The notes beneath the pieces were generated by a model. The model was not told the DNA's origin, did no database searches, and worked only from the letters and a program-made list of their open reading frames with translations. A stretch of 64,000 nucleotides of DNA, taken from Raillietiella orientalis. Taxonomy: Eukaryota. The DNA is taken from NCBI GenBank assembly GCA_036172245.1, contig JAYWIR010000026.1, positions 124,001-188,000 on the forward strand, in the 5' to 3' direction. Below are positions 1 to 10,933 of this stretch, piece after piece (the first letter of the stretch is position 1; the number at the start of each line of letters is the position of its first letter). The position numbers were made by a program, and so were the translations under genes.

Positions 1-350
1 GAGACGCCTCCTGGCGCATGCTTCCGCATGATGTCACGAAAATAGGGGAGGAGGAGATGTTAAGCCTCGACGAGCCTTTTAACACCGGTGAAATCCACGC
101 CGGCATTAAAAGGCTTAAGAGGCGTAAAGCTGCAGGGGAGGAAGGCTTGCCCGCGGAGTTCTTTCAAAGCTTCGCGGAAGAGTTGGCCTCCCTGTTGCTA
201 CAATTGACAGGGATAATCTGGGACGAAGGCGCTGTTGCCGCCCCGTTTCGGTCAGACAGAGTGAGGCTCCTTCTGAAGGGAAGAGACCTTAGGAAACTTA
301 GCAACTGGGGTCCGATCACGATTGTAAACATGGACGCCAAGTTGATCGCT
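1..350 (+). mobile_element. Non-LTR retrotransposon ORF2 fragment (RT N-terminal region), A-like, truncated
   Basis: Translates LSLDEPFNTGEI...KAAGEEGLPAEFF...NWGPITIVNMDAKL, homologous to ORF2 at ~8230-8575. Similarity stops abruptly at ~350. Confidence 0.9.
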
Positions 351-1135
351 GTTCCGCTACGAAATCGGTATACGGTGACGTCACGTTCGCTTAACCCGCC
401 GTCGCGCATGCGCCGACGCCGCCACCAAGTCGCGAATCGAGCGTAAGCAGCCAAGACGGAGCTTTCAGGAAAGCGACGGAAGAGCTGGTGGCCATGTTCG
501 AGCAGCAACCCAAGGCCGAGGAAATGGCGTTGAACCCATCGGCTGAGGCGAAAGGACCAGAGACTAGCGAGTCCGAAGCCGAAGACGGCAACGTTCCTTC
601 CGTCGATCTCCGAAACAGCCGGGCAGGTTGTAAGGTAGGCAACCAGAGACGCACCACTCCTACTCAGGCGGAGGAAGGAATGCGCACGGAAGACCAGGAG
701 GCGAAGTCCGCTAGGTCTCGCGACCCCTCTCCGGAAGCGACGATGCCTAAGATACACCGCCCTTGATCGACGCACAGCAAACATGCGATGCTCAAGCCGT
801 CGAAGTTAATGCACTTCTCCCGCCTCCTGAACAGGAGGCATTGATCACCGCATCATGATAAGTACACCATCGCGTGGACTCTCCTCCCACCGGCGCTTGC
901 GTGTAATCAGTAGGAACGTCAACGGATAGCGTGAAGACGGAAAAAGGAGAGGAATAGCCGTCACCTTGAGAGATTTCGATCTGGCACTCCTGTAGGAGAC
1001 ACACGTGCTCCATGCGGAAGGGGCTCAGGAAATTGAAACGATCGTAGGAGGGCGCCTCAAATGGCGAAACGGTCAAAACCACACCCGCGGTGTAGCGTTC
1101 TTCGTAAGACCAAACATCAATCAGGCGCTGCGACG
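351..1135 (+). mobile_element. Degenerate LINE fragment: ORF1 C-terminus plus start of APE endonuclease
   Basis: Low-complexity acidic ORF ends at 766. It is followed by remnants of NVNG and AQEIETIVGGRLKWRNGQNHTRGVAFFVRP, homologous to the APE N-terminus of family A. Confidence 0.75.
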
Positions 1136-1785
1136 TTTTCACCCGGTAAAGCCGGAGCCTTTATTTGAAAACTCACAGAATTTGCAGTACAAGGCCCGCT
1201 GCGGCCAATAGTTCTATAAAGCTGTCGGGTGGTCGGTGCACAGACCGACTTAACACCCCACGCCAACCAATGGGGTTGGGAAGAAAACAAACATAAAATA
1301 AACAAAAAACAAAAAGTACAAACACTTGTCAATTGGAGGGCCGGGAAGGGATCACTGCCCGTTGCGTGGAGCTTCCATCCTTTGCAGGATGCCGACGAGG
1401 TCCTAGTACATATTTCCCAGGTGGGGCCAGCAGGATGCTATTCGCAGACAGCGAGCTGCATACTCCAAGGCATCCCTTTCGTTCACATTCTCTGCTTCTT
1501 TGGATCCACTCCAAGCTGCCACAATACCTCGTACGCAGCAGAGAGCTGCTATTACAGCGGCTGGCTGCAGGGTTTCCCGCACGAAAAGGAGCATAAAAAC
1601 GTCTCTGGGAAGGCTACCTTCCAGGATCCCTAATGTGGAACCGAAACGTTCCCACAGTAACAGGAGGGCAGCACTGTAACCAAAAAGTGCGGGAGGGTTT
1701 CCCGCTGCTCCCACCGGGCACAGTTGGGCTTCAGACCTGTGTCTTTCTAGGGAGAGGAGGTGGTTTGCATTGTTCAGCGGTCTAG
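1136..1785 (-). mobile_element. Family K LINE 3' fragment (ORF2 C-terminus, 3' UTR, terminal hairpin)
   Basis: Minus-strand LWERFGSTLG...QPAAVIAALCCVRGIV...WPHLGN. Ends in AATAAA-GGCT-CCGG-CTTTA-CCGG-GTGAAAA at 1136-1165. Confidence 0.85.
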
Positions 1786-3764
1786 TTAGTGCGAAGGTAT
1801 TCGGTGATTTTGTACGGTGTGTAGGAGCGCCGGACTCCCATGGAAGAAATGCCTGAGGACACCGCGATGGAAATTGGGGGAGGAGAGGCGAATTTCTTTC
1901 CACCACCCATAAAAGTGGAAGCGTCCGCCCTCACGGAATCCGGGGCACTTGCCCCATCGGAATCGAGGGCAACCGTCCCTTCGCGATTCTTTTCGCCAGC
2001 GGCGCAAAGTTGGAGTGCCGTCGTTGCTGCACCATTCTTGGCTGCAGTAGCGGAGCAGACTGCCTACAAGGACAGCGGCTACAAACCGTCGCTGATCTAC
2101 AAGATAGGCAGTGTCTTCGACGAGAAAATTGCACGCTCCTTTGAAATGGAGCTGCAAAGACATGAATGTGAGGGAGAAAGAACTAGAGAGCCTCTCCGTC
2201 CTTAGTGGGGGGCAGCGAGTTGAGCTGACTTGCAGAGAGGCAAGTCTAGCGCAGCGCCTGCTAAACACCCCCATTACGGTGGACGGCCGCAGGATCTTCC
2301 CTGTGACGGAGGACCGCTCCGTCGTGGTCCACCTCACGGGCGTATCACTCCTAATGGACAAAACCAGCGTTCATGAGGAGTTGTCAAAACATAGTAATGT
2401 GCACGCGTATTGGGCCAAACCCAATGTCTTCCGAACGTACGGAAGACTATTCAGTGGGATGGCCGCTGACCGCGTCACACTACCGGAGAATGGTAAGTTT
2501 CCCCACAAACTAAATATAGGCGAAGAAAAAGTCGATGATTGGTACGTAAGATAGCCCAAGTATTGTGGCCATTGCGATTCTACAGGACACTTAAAAAAAC
2601 GGTGCCCTAACATCCAATGCCACTTATGTGGAAACAAGGGCCACATCCGCAAGGTGTGCCCAAGACGAGAAATTCCGGTCCCTCTCGCTGCCAAAAACGA
2701 AAAGGGGAAACGGGCGGGAGAAAAGAATACCATGAAGCAGGCCATAAGGAGCCAGATGCCAGTCCCTAAGCCATCCCAGCAAACGTCGGCTGAGAGCACT
2801 CCCGACGACGCTGGCGACGGCGAAGGCTGGCAGATGGTACAGCCCAGAAGAAAGCCCGGGAGTCCCGAACGAAGCGCGGTGAAAACAAAAACGCAGCGCG
2901 AAAAACCTTGCAGCGAAAAACTTTGCGCTTGTTTGGTAAAATTAGAGCGTGTGGGGCACTCTATGCCGCCACCGGGGGAGCAATCCCCCCTTCCCGTCCG
3001 CCGAAACCGCGACGGTCGATGGCTAATTCTCTGGGGAAACAGAGGGGGAACTGCGCTCCGCGCTCGATGCGATCGAGGAGGCCGCCTTCCAGCAGGCGGT
3101 GGAAGAACTCGCGGCAGAACTGCAAAGCTGTGAGAAGAACTCCCGGAAAGGCTTACGAAGGCTGCCGCGAGGAAGGCTCCGGATGCAGGTGAGGCCAAAC
3201 AGAATGCCGGAAGTGCGTCCTCCTCAACGGAGGCGCCACCAAAGATGACAGGACGCAAGTCCCAGAATCCCAGGAGGCGCATACGCATCAAGGAGGATGA
3301 ACTGGCACCCGAGGGGGAAGCCGGCAGCGTGGGAGGCGAGGGTGGGAATCCCTCATTTCTCCACACCGTGCAGCTGGCGACCCCCATGGAGGAGGAAGTA
3401 CAGGTGGCTGGAACCCCCCTTTCTCTGCACGGCCCTGACGAAGACAAAGCCCCCATAGAGGAGGGAGAAGCGATGCGCGACGCACCCCCTCCTCCTAGCG
3501 TCCCGCCCGACAAGGTGGCGGGAGCCCCATTGCCACTTTCCCAGGATTAACACCTAGGCTCGCCTGTAGCTGTAGGATCCGCATAGCCTCCTGGAACGTC
3601 AACGGGCTGCGCGACGACGGCAACAGGCGGGATCCGGCCGACACCCTGCGCGACTTCGACCTGGCGCTCCTGCAGGAGATCCACGTGATCACCGCGGAGA
3701 ACGCCCAGAAGATCGAGAGCATCTCAGGGGGTCGTCTGTTTTGGCAATGTGGCGCTCGCAACAC
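1786..3764 (+). mobile_element. Family F LINE 5' part: frameshifted ORF1 (1840-3550) and APE start
   Basis: ORF1 is homologous to family A ORF1 (GYKPSLIYKIG, CCHC knuckles CGHC..GH...C and CHLC...GH...C). TAACA junction at 3548-3552, then IASWNVNG...LLQEIH. Confidence 0.9.
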
Positions 3765-3892
3765 CTGAAGGAGACGTTGATCAGCGCATTCCTCCAGCAA
3801 GAGCGCGAGTAGGAAAGAAGAGAGGGTTGGAGGTTCATGCGACCCAAAAGCTCCAGCAGTAGCTTCTGGTCCACGCAGTCGAACGCCTTGTG
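3765..3892 (-). mobile_element. RT fragment of a host LINE, starting at HKAFDCV
   Basis: Minus-strand HKAFDCVDQKLLLELLGRM...WRNALINVSF. Confidence 0.85.
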
Positions 3893-5265
3893 TGCTCCAG
3901 GGTGGACGCGTTTTCTCGGTGCTCCTCGTGCCAGGAAGTCTCCCTCAGTGCAAGCGTCGTGTGGTTCGGTGGTCAATCAGGCAGCGATGCCTGACGCGAC
4001 CATTAGAGATGGCCAGGGGGCAGCGGAAACGCCGCCCTTAGAGGCGATGGAGAGCCAGGGGGCGGCGGCAACGTCGTCCCCAGAGGCGATGGAGGTGGGG
4101 GCATCCGCCCCCACAGAATCAGGCCCCGCTGCAGCGCGGGCGTGGAGCGCCGTTGTGTCGGCGCCATCGCCTGCAGCCGCGGCGGAATAGTCGGCCTATG
4201 TGGAGGAGGGGTACAACCCCTCATTGTTCCACAAGGTAGACAATTTATATTCTTTAGAGAGCGCGCGCGCCTTCTCGAAGGGCATGCGCGCTCTCGATTT
4301 GAAAGAGGAGCTCAGCGCTATGACCATCCGCAGCGGGGGTCAGTACGTTGAGGTCATCAGCAAACAAGCAGAGCTGACCCAACGACTGCTTAAAACCCCC
4401 GTGGTGATGGGGACGCGCAGGCTCCTCCCTATTACGGCGGACCGCAGCATGGTGGTCCACCTGTTAGGTGTTACCGCGCGGATGCGCAAGGAACAGGTTC
4501 GCGCTGCGGTGGAGAAATACGGAACGGTCAACGCGCAGTGGACAAAAGTTAGTCCTTCCGAGGACTACAAGGGGCTGCAACACGGCTTCACTGCTGCGCG
4601 CGTGACCGTTCGGAACGGCTGCACTCTTTTCCACAAACTGGTGGTCGAAGGCGAAACCGTCGACCTCTGGTATGTGGGGAAGCCAAAATACTGCGGCTTC
4701 TGCAATACGTCGGGTCACCTCAAAAAGAAGTGTCCCAATGTGCAGTGCCAAGTATGCGGAACCATGGGACACACGAGGGAGGTGTGCTCTAGAGCAGCAG
4801 TGCGGGTGGTTTCCAAGAGAAACCTTAAAAAACGTGCCCGGCTTCTGCAGAAAAGGCTGACGGCGAAAGCTGCCGCGAAGGCTGTGCCACCCGCGCCCAA
4901 GGCCCAGGCCGCACCCGAGAACACGGCGAACAACGCCGAACAAGTCGAGGGAACAAGCCAGGAGCCTGGGTGGCAGGTGGCTACGGCCAAAAAATCAAAG
5001 AAGGAGAGGAGGATAAAGAAAAAGCTCGCGCACCGCCAGAAAAAACAGCAGGCAAGCGAGCAAATTCAAGAATGCAGCGTTGTCGTCGAGCGTATTCCCG
5101 ACCGCTGCGAAAAAGAACTCGCCGCTACCGACGAACACCCCTCTGTTGACTCTGTCAACAGCGAGGGGAGCGAGCCGGCGGCGGCGTCCGTCATCGACAC
5201 CACCATCGATGACGTAGCCTTCGCGCGAGACGCGGAGGAGCTGGCAGCCTCGTTGCAGCCAGAAC
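3893..5265 (+). mobile_element. Family G LINE, copy 1 (5' UTR and ORF1 N-terminal part, interrupted by family A)
   Basis: 5' GGACGCGTTTT at 3904. ORF1 has two CCHC knuckles (CGFCNTSGHLKKKC, CQVCGTMGHTREVC). Homologous to 30779-32145 and 47013-48183. Confidence 0.9.
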
Positions 5266-5369
5266 CCTCCAAGGCCAGTAGGAGGACGTGTTTTTCCTTC
5301 ACTTCCCAAAGAGTAGTAGGAAAGCGCTTTTTCTTCTGTGTGGTGTTTTGTGTACATCGTCGGTGTCCA

Positions 5370-7118
5370 ATGGCCACGACGCCAGAGGACACCGCGATGG
5401 AGGTGGGAGTGGGGGAGGCTAGTTCGCCCCCACAGCCTACTGGAGCAGGGGCAGCCGCCCCGGATTCATCCCCGGCCACGCCGAGGACATGGAGCGCCAT
5501 GGTGGCCGCGCCCAGCGCAGAAGCCATGGCGGAGATGGCCGCATACAAGGCCTCCGGGTACAAGCCTTCGCTTGTGTACCAGGTAGGCAACTTGTTCGAC
5601 GGCCAGACAGCGCGCGCCTTCAGCAAAGCGTTGAAGGACGCGAATGTCACAGAGAAGGATCTGGACGGCCTCTCCGTCCTCAGCGGCGGGCAGCGGGTCG
5701 AAGTGGTCTGCAAAGATGTCACCTTGGCTCACCGCCTTATCCATGCGCCGCTGAACGTAGACGGCCGCAAGATCCTGCCAGTATCTATGGACCGCTCCGT
5801 GGTGGTCCACATGACTGGCATCACCAGCCGCATGACGCGGTCAGCGGTTGGTGAGGAATTACGGAAGTACGGTGAGGTGCACGCACTGTGGCCGAAACCC
5901 TCCATTTTCGACGGCTTCGATACCCTTTTTGGTGGGCAGGCTGCAGCGCGGGTCAGCGTACGGGAGAATTGTGGGCTTCCCCACAAACTACAGGTGGCGC
6001 AAGAAAACGTCGACCTGTGGTATGTAGGGAAACCCCGGTATTACGGGCATTGTGATACCGTGGGACACCTACGTAAAAGGTGTCCCAATATACAATGCCA
6101 TTTGTGCGGGGAGCGGGGCCACGTTCGGCGCGTGTGTCCCAAACGCCCCACCCCGGTTCCCCCTGCCGCGAAAAAAGCGCAGGGGAAACGTGCTTCAATG
6201 GTCTCTAGACCTAAAGTAGAAAAGGGCCAGCACAAGCTGCCAACACCTCAACCTCCGGCGCGTAAGCCGGAGGATAAACCTTCTGAAACGGTGGAAGGCG
6301 AAGAGGGATAGCAGCTTGTAGAGGCCAGAAAGCAGAGGAAACTCCCACCCGCGAAGAGCAAAGAGCGCAAGACGGCCGGTGAGCCGAAAAAACCCGGTCC
6401 GCGCTCGAAAACTTTGCGCGAGTGCACGGTGGCACTGGAACGAATCGTCGTTCCCGAGATTGCCACCTGGAGCGTCGATCCTCCCCTTGCCGTTTCCGCT
6501 GCACCCGAGGCTCGCGACGGCGAACCCTCTGTTTACACAGAGGGTGAGCCGCGCGACATAGCGGCGGTCGAAGCCGCGGACGCCGCGTTCGCGCAGGCGG
6601 CGGAGGAGCTCGCGGTCACGCTGGCCGAGCGTGAGAACCCCTCGCGCAAGGCCGTGCGAAGGCCGGCCCTGGCGAGGAAGGCCCCCAAAGGTGAGTTAGA
6701 CCTGGGGACCGGAAGCACATCCTTCTCCTCGGAGGCACCCCCCAGGAAGTCGGGACGCAAGTCCCAGAAGCCCAGGAGGCGCCTCCACTCCACCAGCGAG
6801 GAGAAGACGGAAGCCGTCGCCAGCGTGGGAAATTTGGAGGAGGAATTCCCACGCTCGGAAGCCGTCGATGCGGCCACCCCCATGGAGGAGGGTGAACAAT
6901 GGGGTCAAGTCCCCCCTGCAGGCGCCGACCCTGAACAGCCCGCCCCCATGGAGGAGGGTGAACAGGTAGGCGCGACTCCACCTGCGGGTAATCCGGCCGA
7001 CGCGCCGGCACAGATGGAGGAGGGGGACCAGGTGCCTTCAGCACCTGACCCCCCTGCTCCACCTAGCGTCCCGCCCCAGCAGGTGGCGGACGCCGCACTG
7101 CCATCTTCCCAGGAGTAA
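5370..7118 (+). pseudogene. Family A ORF1 (gag-like, two CCHC zinc knuckles), one in-frame TAG at 6309
   Basis: Colinear with ORF 28923-30545(-), where the same codon is TGG. Knuckles (C/Y)GHCDTVGHLRKRC and CHLCGERGHVRRVC. Confidence 0.9.
6878..7060 (+). repeat. Three 66-bp tandem repeats encoding P/QMEEG(E/D)Q...P in the ORF1 tail
   Basis: ATGGAGGAGGG recurs at 6882, 6948 and 7014. Also present in the copy at ~28980-29165(-). Confidence 0.85.
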
Positions 7119-10100
7119 CACCTGGGCTCGCCAGTCGCCGTCGGATTCGCGCGGCCTGTTGGAATGTCAACGGGCTGCGCGACGACGGTAACAGGCGAGA
7201 TACGGCCGACACCCTGCGTGAGCTCGACCTGGCCCTGCTGCAGGAGATCCACGTGATCACCGCGGCAGACGCCCAGGAGATCGAGACGATCGCGGGGGGT
7301 CGGCTGTATTGCCGGTGCGGCCTCCGCAACACCTGCGGGGTCGCGTTCTTCGTGAAGCCGGCCATCGACGCTGCCGTGAAGGGCGTGCGCTTCGATGACG
7401 ACGGTCGGGTCGGTCAGCTGACTCTCGGCTGGTCGGACTCGATCGATCTGATCGTCACGAATGTGTACGCCCAAACCGGTCAAAAGGGATACAGCAACCG
7501 TACCAAGCTGCTTGAATCCTTGAAGCGCGACTGGCTGGCGAACACGAGCGTGCGGAATGCTCACCTGATAGCGGGAGATTTCAATCTCCACCTGCTAACA
7601 GGTGAGCCGGAAACACAGGTGAACGCGATGAACGAGTTGTGCGCCGCCATGCGTGCGCGCAACTTGTTTGCAGGTGAGAGGGGAATGGTCCGCAGCATCG
7701 ACCACGTCTTCCTCGACGCTGACCTGTGTTCACGGGTCGGCAAACGGGGGAGGGTTGCGTCAACGTTGCCGGACCCTTCCCGGTTAATTTTCGAGATGCG
7801 GCCTCGCGACAAAGGACCGCCATCCAGGGACTGGCGTCTGCCAGAGGACTGGACACGACTCTCAGGTGCGAAGGAACACCTTCGCGAAAACCTGAGAGGC
7901 GTCACGCTCCGGAATCTCCAAGACTGGGACCTTTTTAAGGAATCGGTCCGGGAATTCTGCGAGCAGTTCCCCCTGGGCCGCCTGCCCTCCGGATTCGGCG
8001 AGGGTCCTCGCAAGCATCGGGCCTATTTACAGTCCCGTAGGTACGAGCGAACCCCTAACTTCCGTCGCCTGGCCGAGTACCGCGCCGGGGCCGAACGCCA
8101 AGCCTGGCAATCCGGGTCGGCCAGCTTGCTGGACGACCAGGGCCGGGAATGTACGTCCCCGGCGTCGGTATGGCATCTCGTGCGGAGTTATTATTCCTCC
8201 CTTTACGCCAGGGCGCCCCCGGATCAAGATGCCTCTCGGCTCTTGCATCCCGATGGTGCCCCGGCAATAGGGGAGGAGGAGTCGTTAAGCCTCGATGAGC
8301 CTTTTACCACCGGCGAAATTCTCGCCGGTATCAAAAGGCTCAAGAGGCGGAAAGCTCCAGGGGAAGACGGCTTGCCCGCGGAGTTTTATCAGAGCTTCGC
8401 GGAAGAGCTGGCACCCCTGCTGCTTCAGCTGACAAGGCTGATCCGAGACGAATGCGAAGTTCCCGCCTCGTTTCGGTCAGCCAGAGTGAGGCTCCCTCCG
8501 AAAGGGGGAGACCTTAGGAATTTGAACAACTGGCGTTCGATCACGATTGTGAATACGGACGCCAAGTTGGTTGCCGGGCTATGGGCTTCGCGTCTGGGGC
8601 AGATGGCAGAATCCATTATTAGCCCGGAGCAGACATATGCTGTTCCCGGGCGAAGTATGGATGCCAACCTCTTCTTCGCGAGCACGTGGATGCACGCGCA
8701 GAGGTGTCAAAAGGAAGGAAAAGGAAAAATCGGCAACCCCACTTTGGGGCCGCCAGCAGGGCAGGGAATGGACTCCCGGGCGGGGAAGGGGGCCTTAGCG
8801 CTCGCAGTCGATCTCCATAAGGCGTTCGACTGTGTTGACCAGGGGCTTTTGTTGGAGCTCCTGGGTCGCATGGGCTTCCCACCCTCCTTGATCAACTACC
8901 TGCGCTCCTGCTGGCGCCATGCGATAATTTCCGTCTCTTTCAGCGGTCAGAAGGTGCATGGCGTGCCGGTTCGGCGGGGCATCAGGCAGGGAGATAGCCT
9001 GAGTCCCCTGCTCTTCAGCACCTACTTTGAGTTGGTGCTGAGAGCCTACAGAGTGACTTTGGCCTCCTTGCCTAGCTCGTGTCCCGGCACGCCCGCCGTA
9101 GCAGCCTATGCCGACGACCTTCTGCTCCGGTTACCTATCTCCACCCCGGCGAAGGCGGTCGGAGACTTCTTCGATCTGCTCAGCCGTGGGACCGGACTGC
9201 AGGTCAACAGGGCGAAGTCGTCGGTGGTGCCAGTAGGTGCGGCGTGGGCAGGGCAGCAGGACTGGGTCCGTCTGGGGATCCCCACGGCGAGGTGCCTCAA
9301 GTACCTTGGTGTGCCGTTGGGTGACTACTCCCCTGCGGAAGCGTGGTCCAGCTGTCTTCAAAAACTCGAAACGGTGATCGGCCCGTTCCTGGAAGGCAAG
9401 TTTCACTTGCCGGAACGGGCCGCGGTTTGGAACGCCTTCGCGGCCCCCATCCTCCGCCCCTTGCTTTCTGTTTGCCCCGCCCCCAGAGAATGCAAAAAGA
9501 GGACGAAGGACCTCCTCCGCATCGCCCTTTGGGGCAAGGGGAGGCCCCGAGTCCCTCTGCAGGACTTGTGCGCTCCGCGTCGGGACGGCGGCCTTGGCCT
9601 CCTGACGCTGGAGCGCGGGGAAATCCAGCTGCGGTGGCGAACCCTCGCCATCGCAGCGAAGATGTGGAGCACCCCTTGGTGCGTTCCGGCCCGCCACCTC
9701 GCTAGGCGTGTGTCCCGATGCGAAGGACTCGCGTCGTTTCTTCTGTGCCCTGGCCGGAAGATCCGAAGATGCGGCCTTATGCTCGGACGCATAGCAACCT
9801 TGGCGAAGACGAACGGTTGGATGGTTTGTGGCCCCGCCAACTCCTCCGCCTGGTTAGGGGAGTCTGCTGGCACATGGGCTAAGCTGAACCGGAGGAGCGA
9901 AAACCACATGAACTGCCTGCGAATCGGCCCATACGCCAACCGCACCCTGCGGGAAATACTGGAATTTCCTCGGAGTCGCAGGTGGGCGTTGACGACCCCC
10001 CTTGCTACGGCGATGCCCTACCTCCTGAGGGCGCTTCAGGATTGCCAGAAGCCGAGGTGGCAAGTCACCGGCCAGATCGCAGGCAGGGAGAAGGTGTTAA

Positions 10101-10711
10101 GCGGCTGGACCACAGGAGAACTGGCGGACGCCACGACCCCGAGCGTCCAGCCGCGTGGACTAATGAGATGGGGCGAGCTGCTCGCCATCCCTACGGATGT
10201 GCTGAAGTGGCCCCCGGTATTAAAGGACTCCAGGATCCTGCCCCTTAAGTGGCAAGAGTCGGCGTTGCTTTTGTTGCACTGGGGTCTACCCTGCAACGCG
10301 CGCCGCTTCCACTGGACGAGGGGAGCTGTGGATCCTGCGTGTGCCAGGTGCGGCTAGCGGGAGTCGCTTCCCCACCTAATTGTGGATTGTGCTGCCATCC
10401 GACCCCTCTGGGAACGGTTCGGGGCGACCCTAGGTCTCCCTACGGGCAGCACCCCCAGAGACGTTCTTCGGCCCCTCTTCGTGAAGGACGCACTGCAGCC
10501 AGCCGCAGCCATCGCAGCCTTGTGCTGTGTCCGTGGCATCGTGGCAGCATGGAGCGACGCCAATAACGAAGGAGTGGGTCCACACGCGAGGGATGTCGTC
10601 CCATACGCCCAACGCTTCATGCGGAGAGCTGCCGGATGGCCCCAAGTGGGGAATATACGGACGGAACTCAAGGGCTTCCTTCAACGGATGGGCCCTCCTC
10701 ACAGCGTTTAG
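7118..10711 (+). pseudogene. Family A ORF2: APE endonuclease, reverse transcriptase, CCHC finger (~1197 codons; one TAG at 10355)
   Basis: Motifs WNVNG, LQEIH, GDFN, IDH, KAPGEDG, DLHKAFD, GIRQGDSLSP, YADD, KYLG, CARCG..ESLPHLIVDC. Confidence 0.95.
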
Positions 10712-10933
10712 TGATCCCTTCCCTGCCCTCCAACTTCTTTTTGTCTGTTTATGTTTTTTATTTTTCTTTTTGTTTTATCCCCATCCCCCTTTGCTGCTGA
10801 GGAACGCTACGCTGGGCTGCGTCCCGGCGTCCCGGCAGGTCCAGTGCATATGGCCGTGAGCGGAGCCTTGTACCGCGGATGTAGAGTTGTTTTTTTTTGA
10901 AAAAAAAAAGCCCCGGGCGTACCCGGGTGTAAA

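Larger units (their letters stand above)
5266..10933 (+). mobile_element. Family A LINE, full-length copy 1 (~5.7 kb, L1/Tx1-type)
   Basis: 5' GGACGTGTTTT at 5284, ORF1 5370-7118, ORF2 7118-10711, 3' hairpin CCCGGG-CGTA-CCCGGG at 10912-10927 followed by TGTAAA. Confidence 0.95.
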
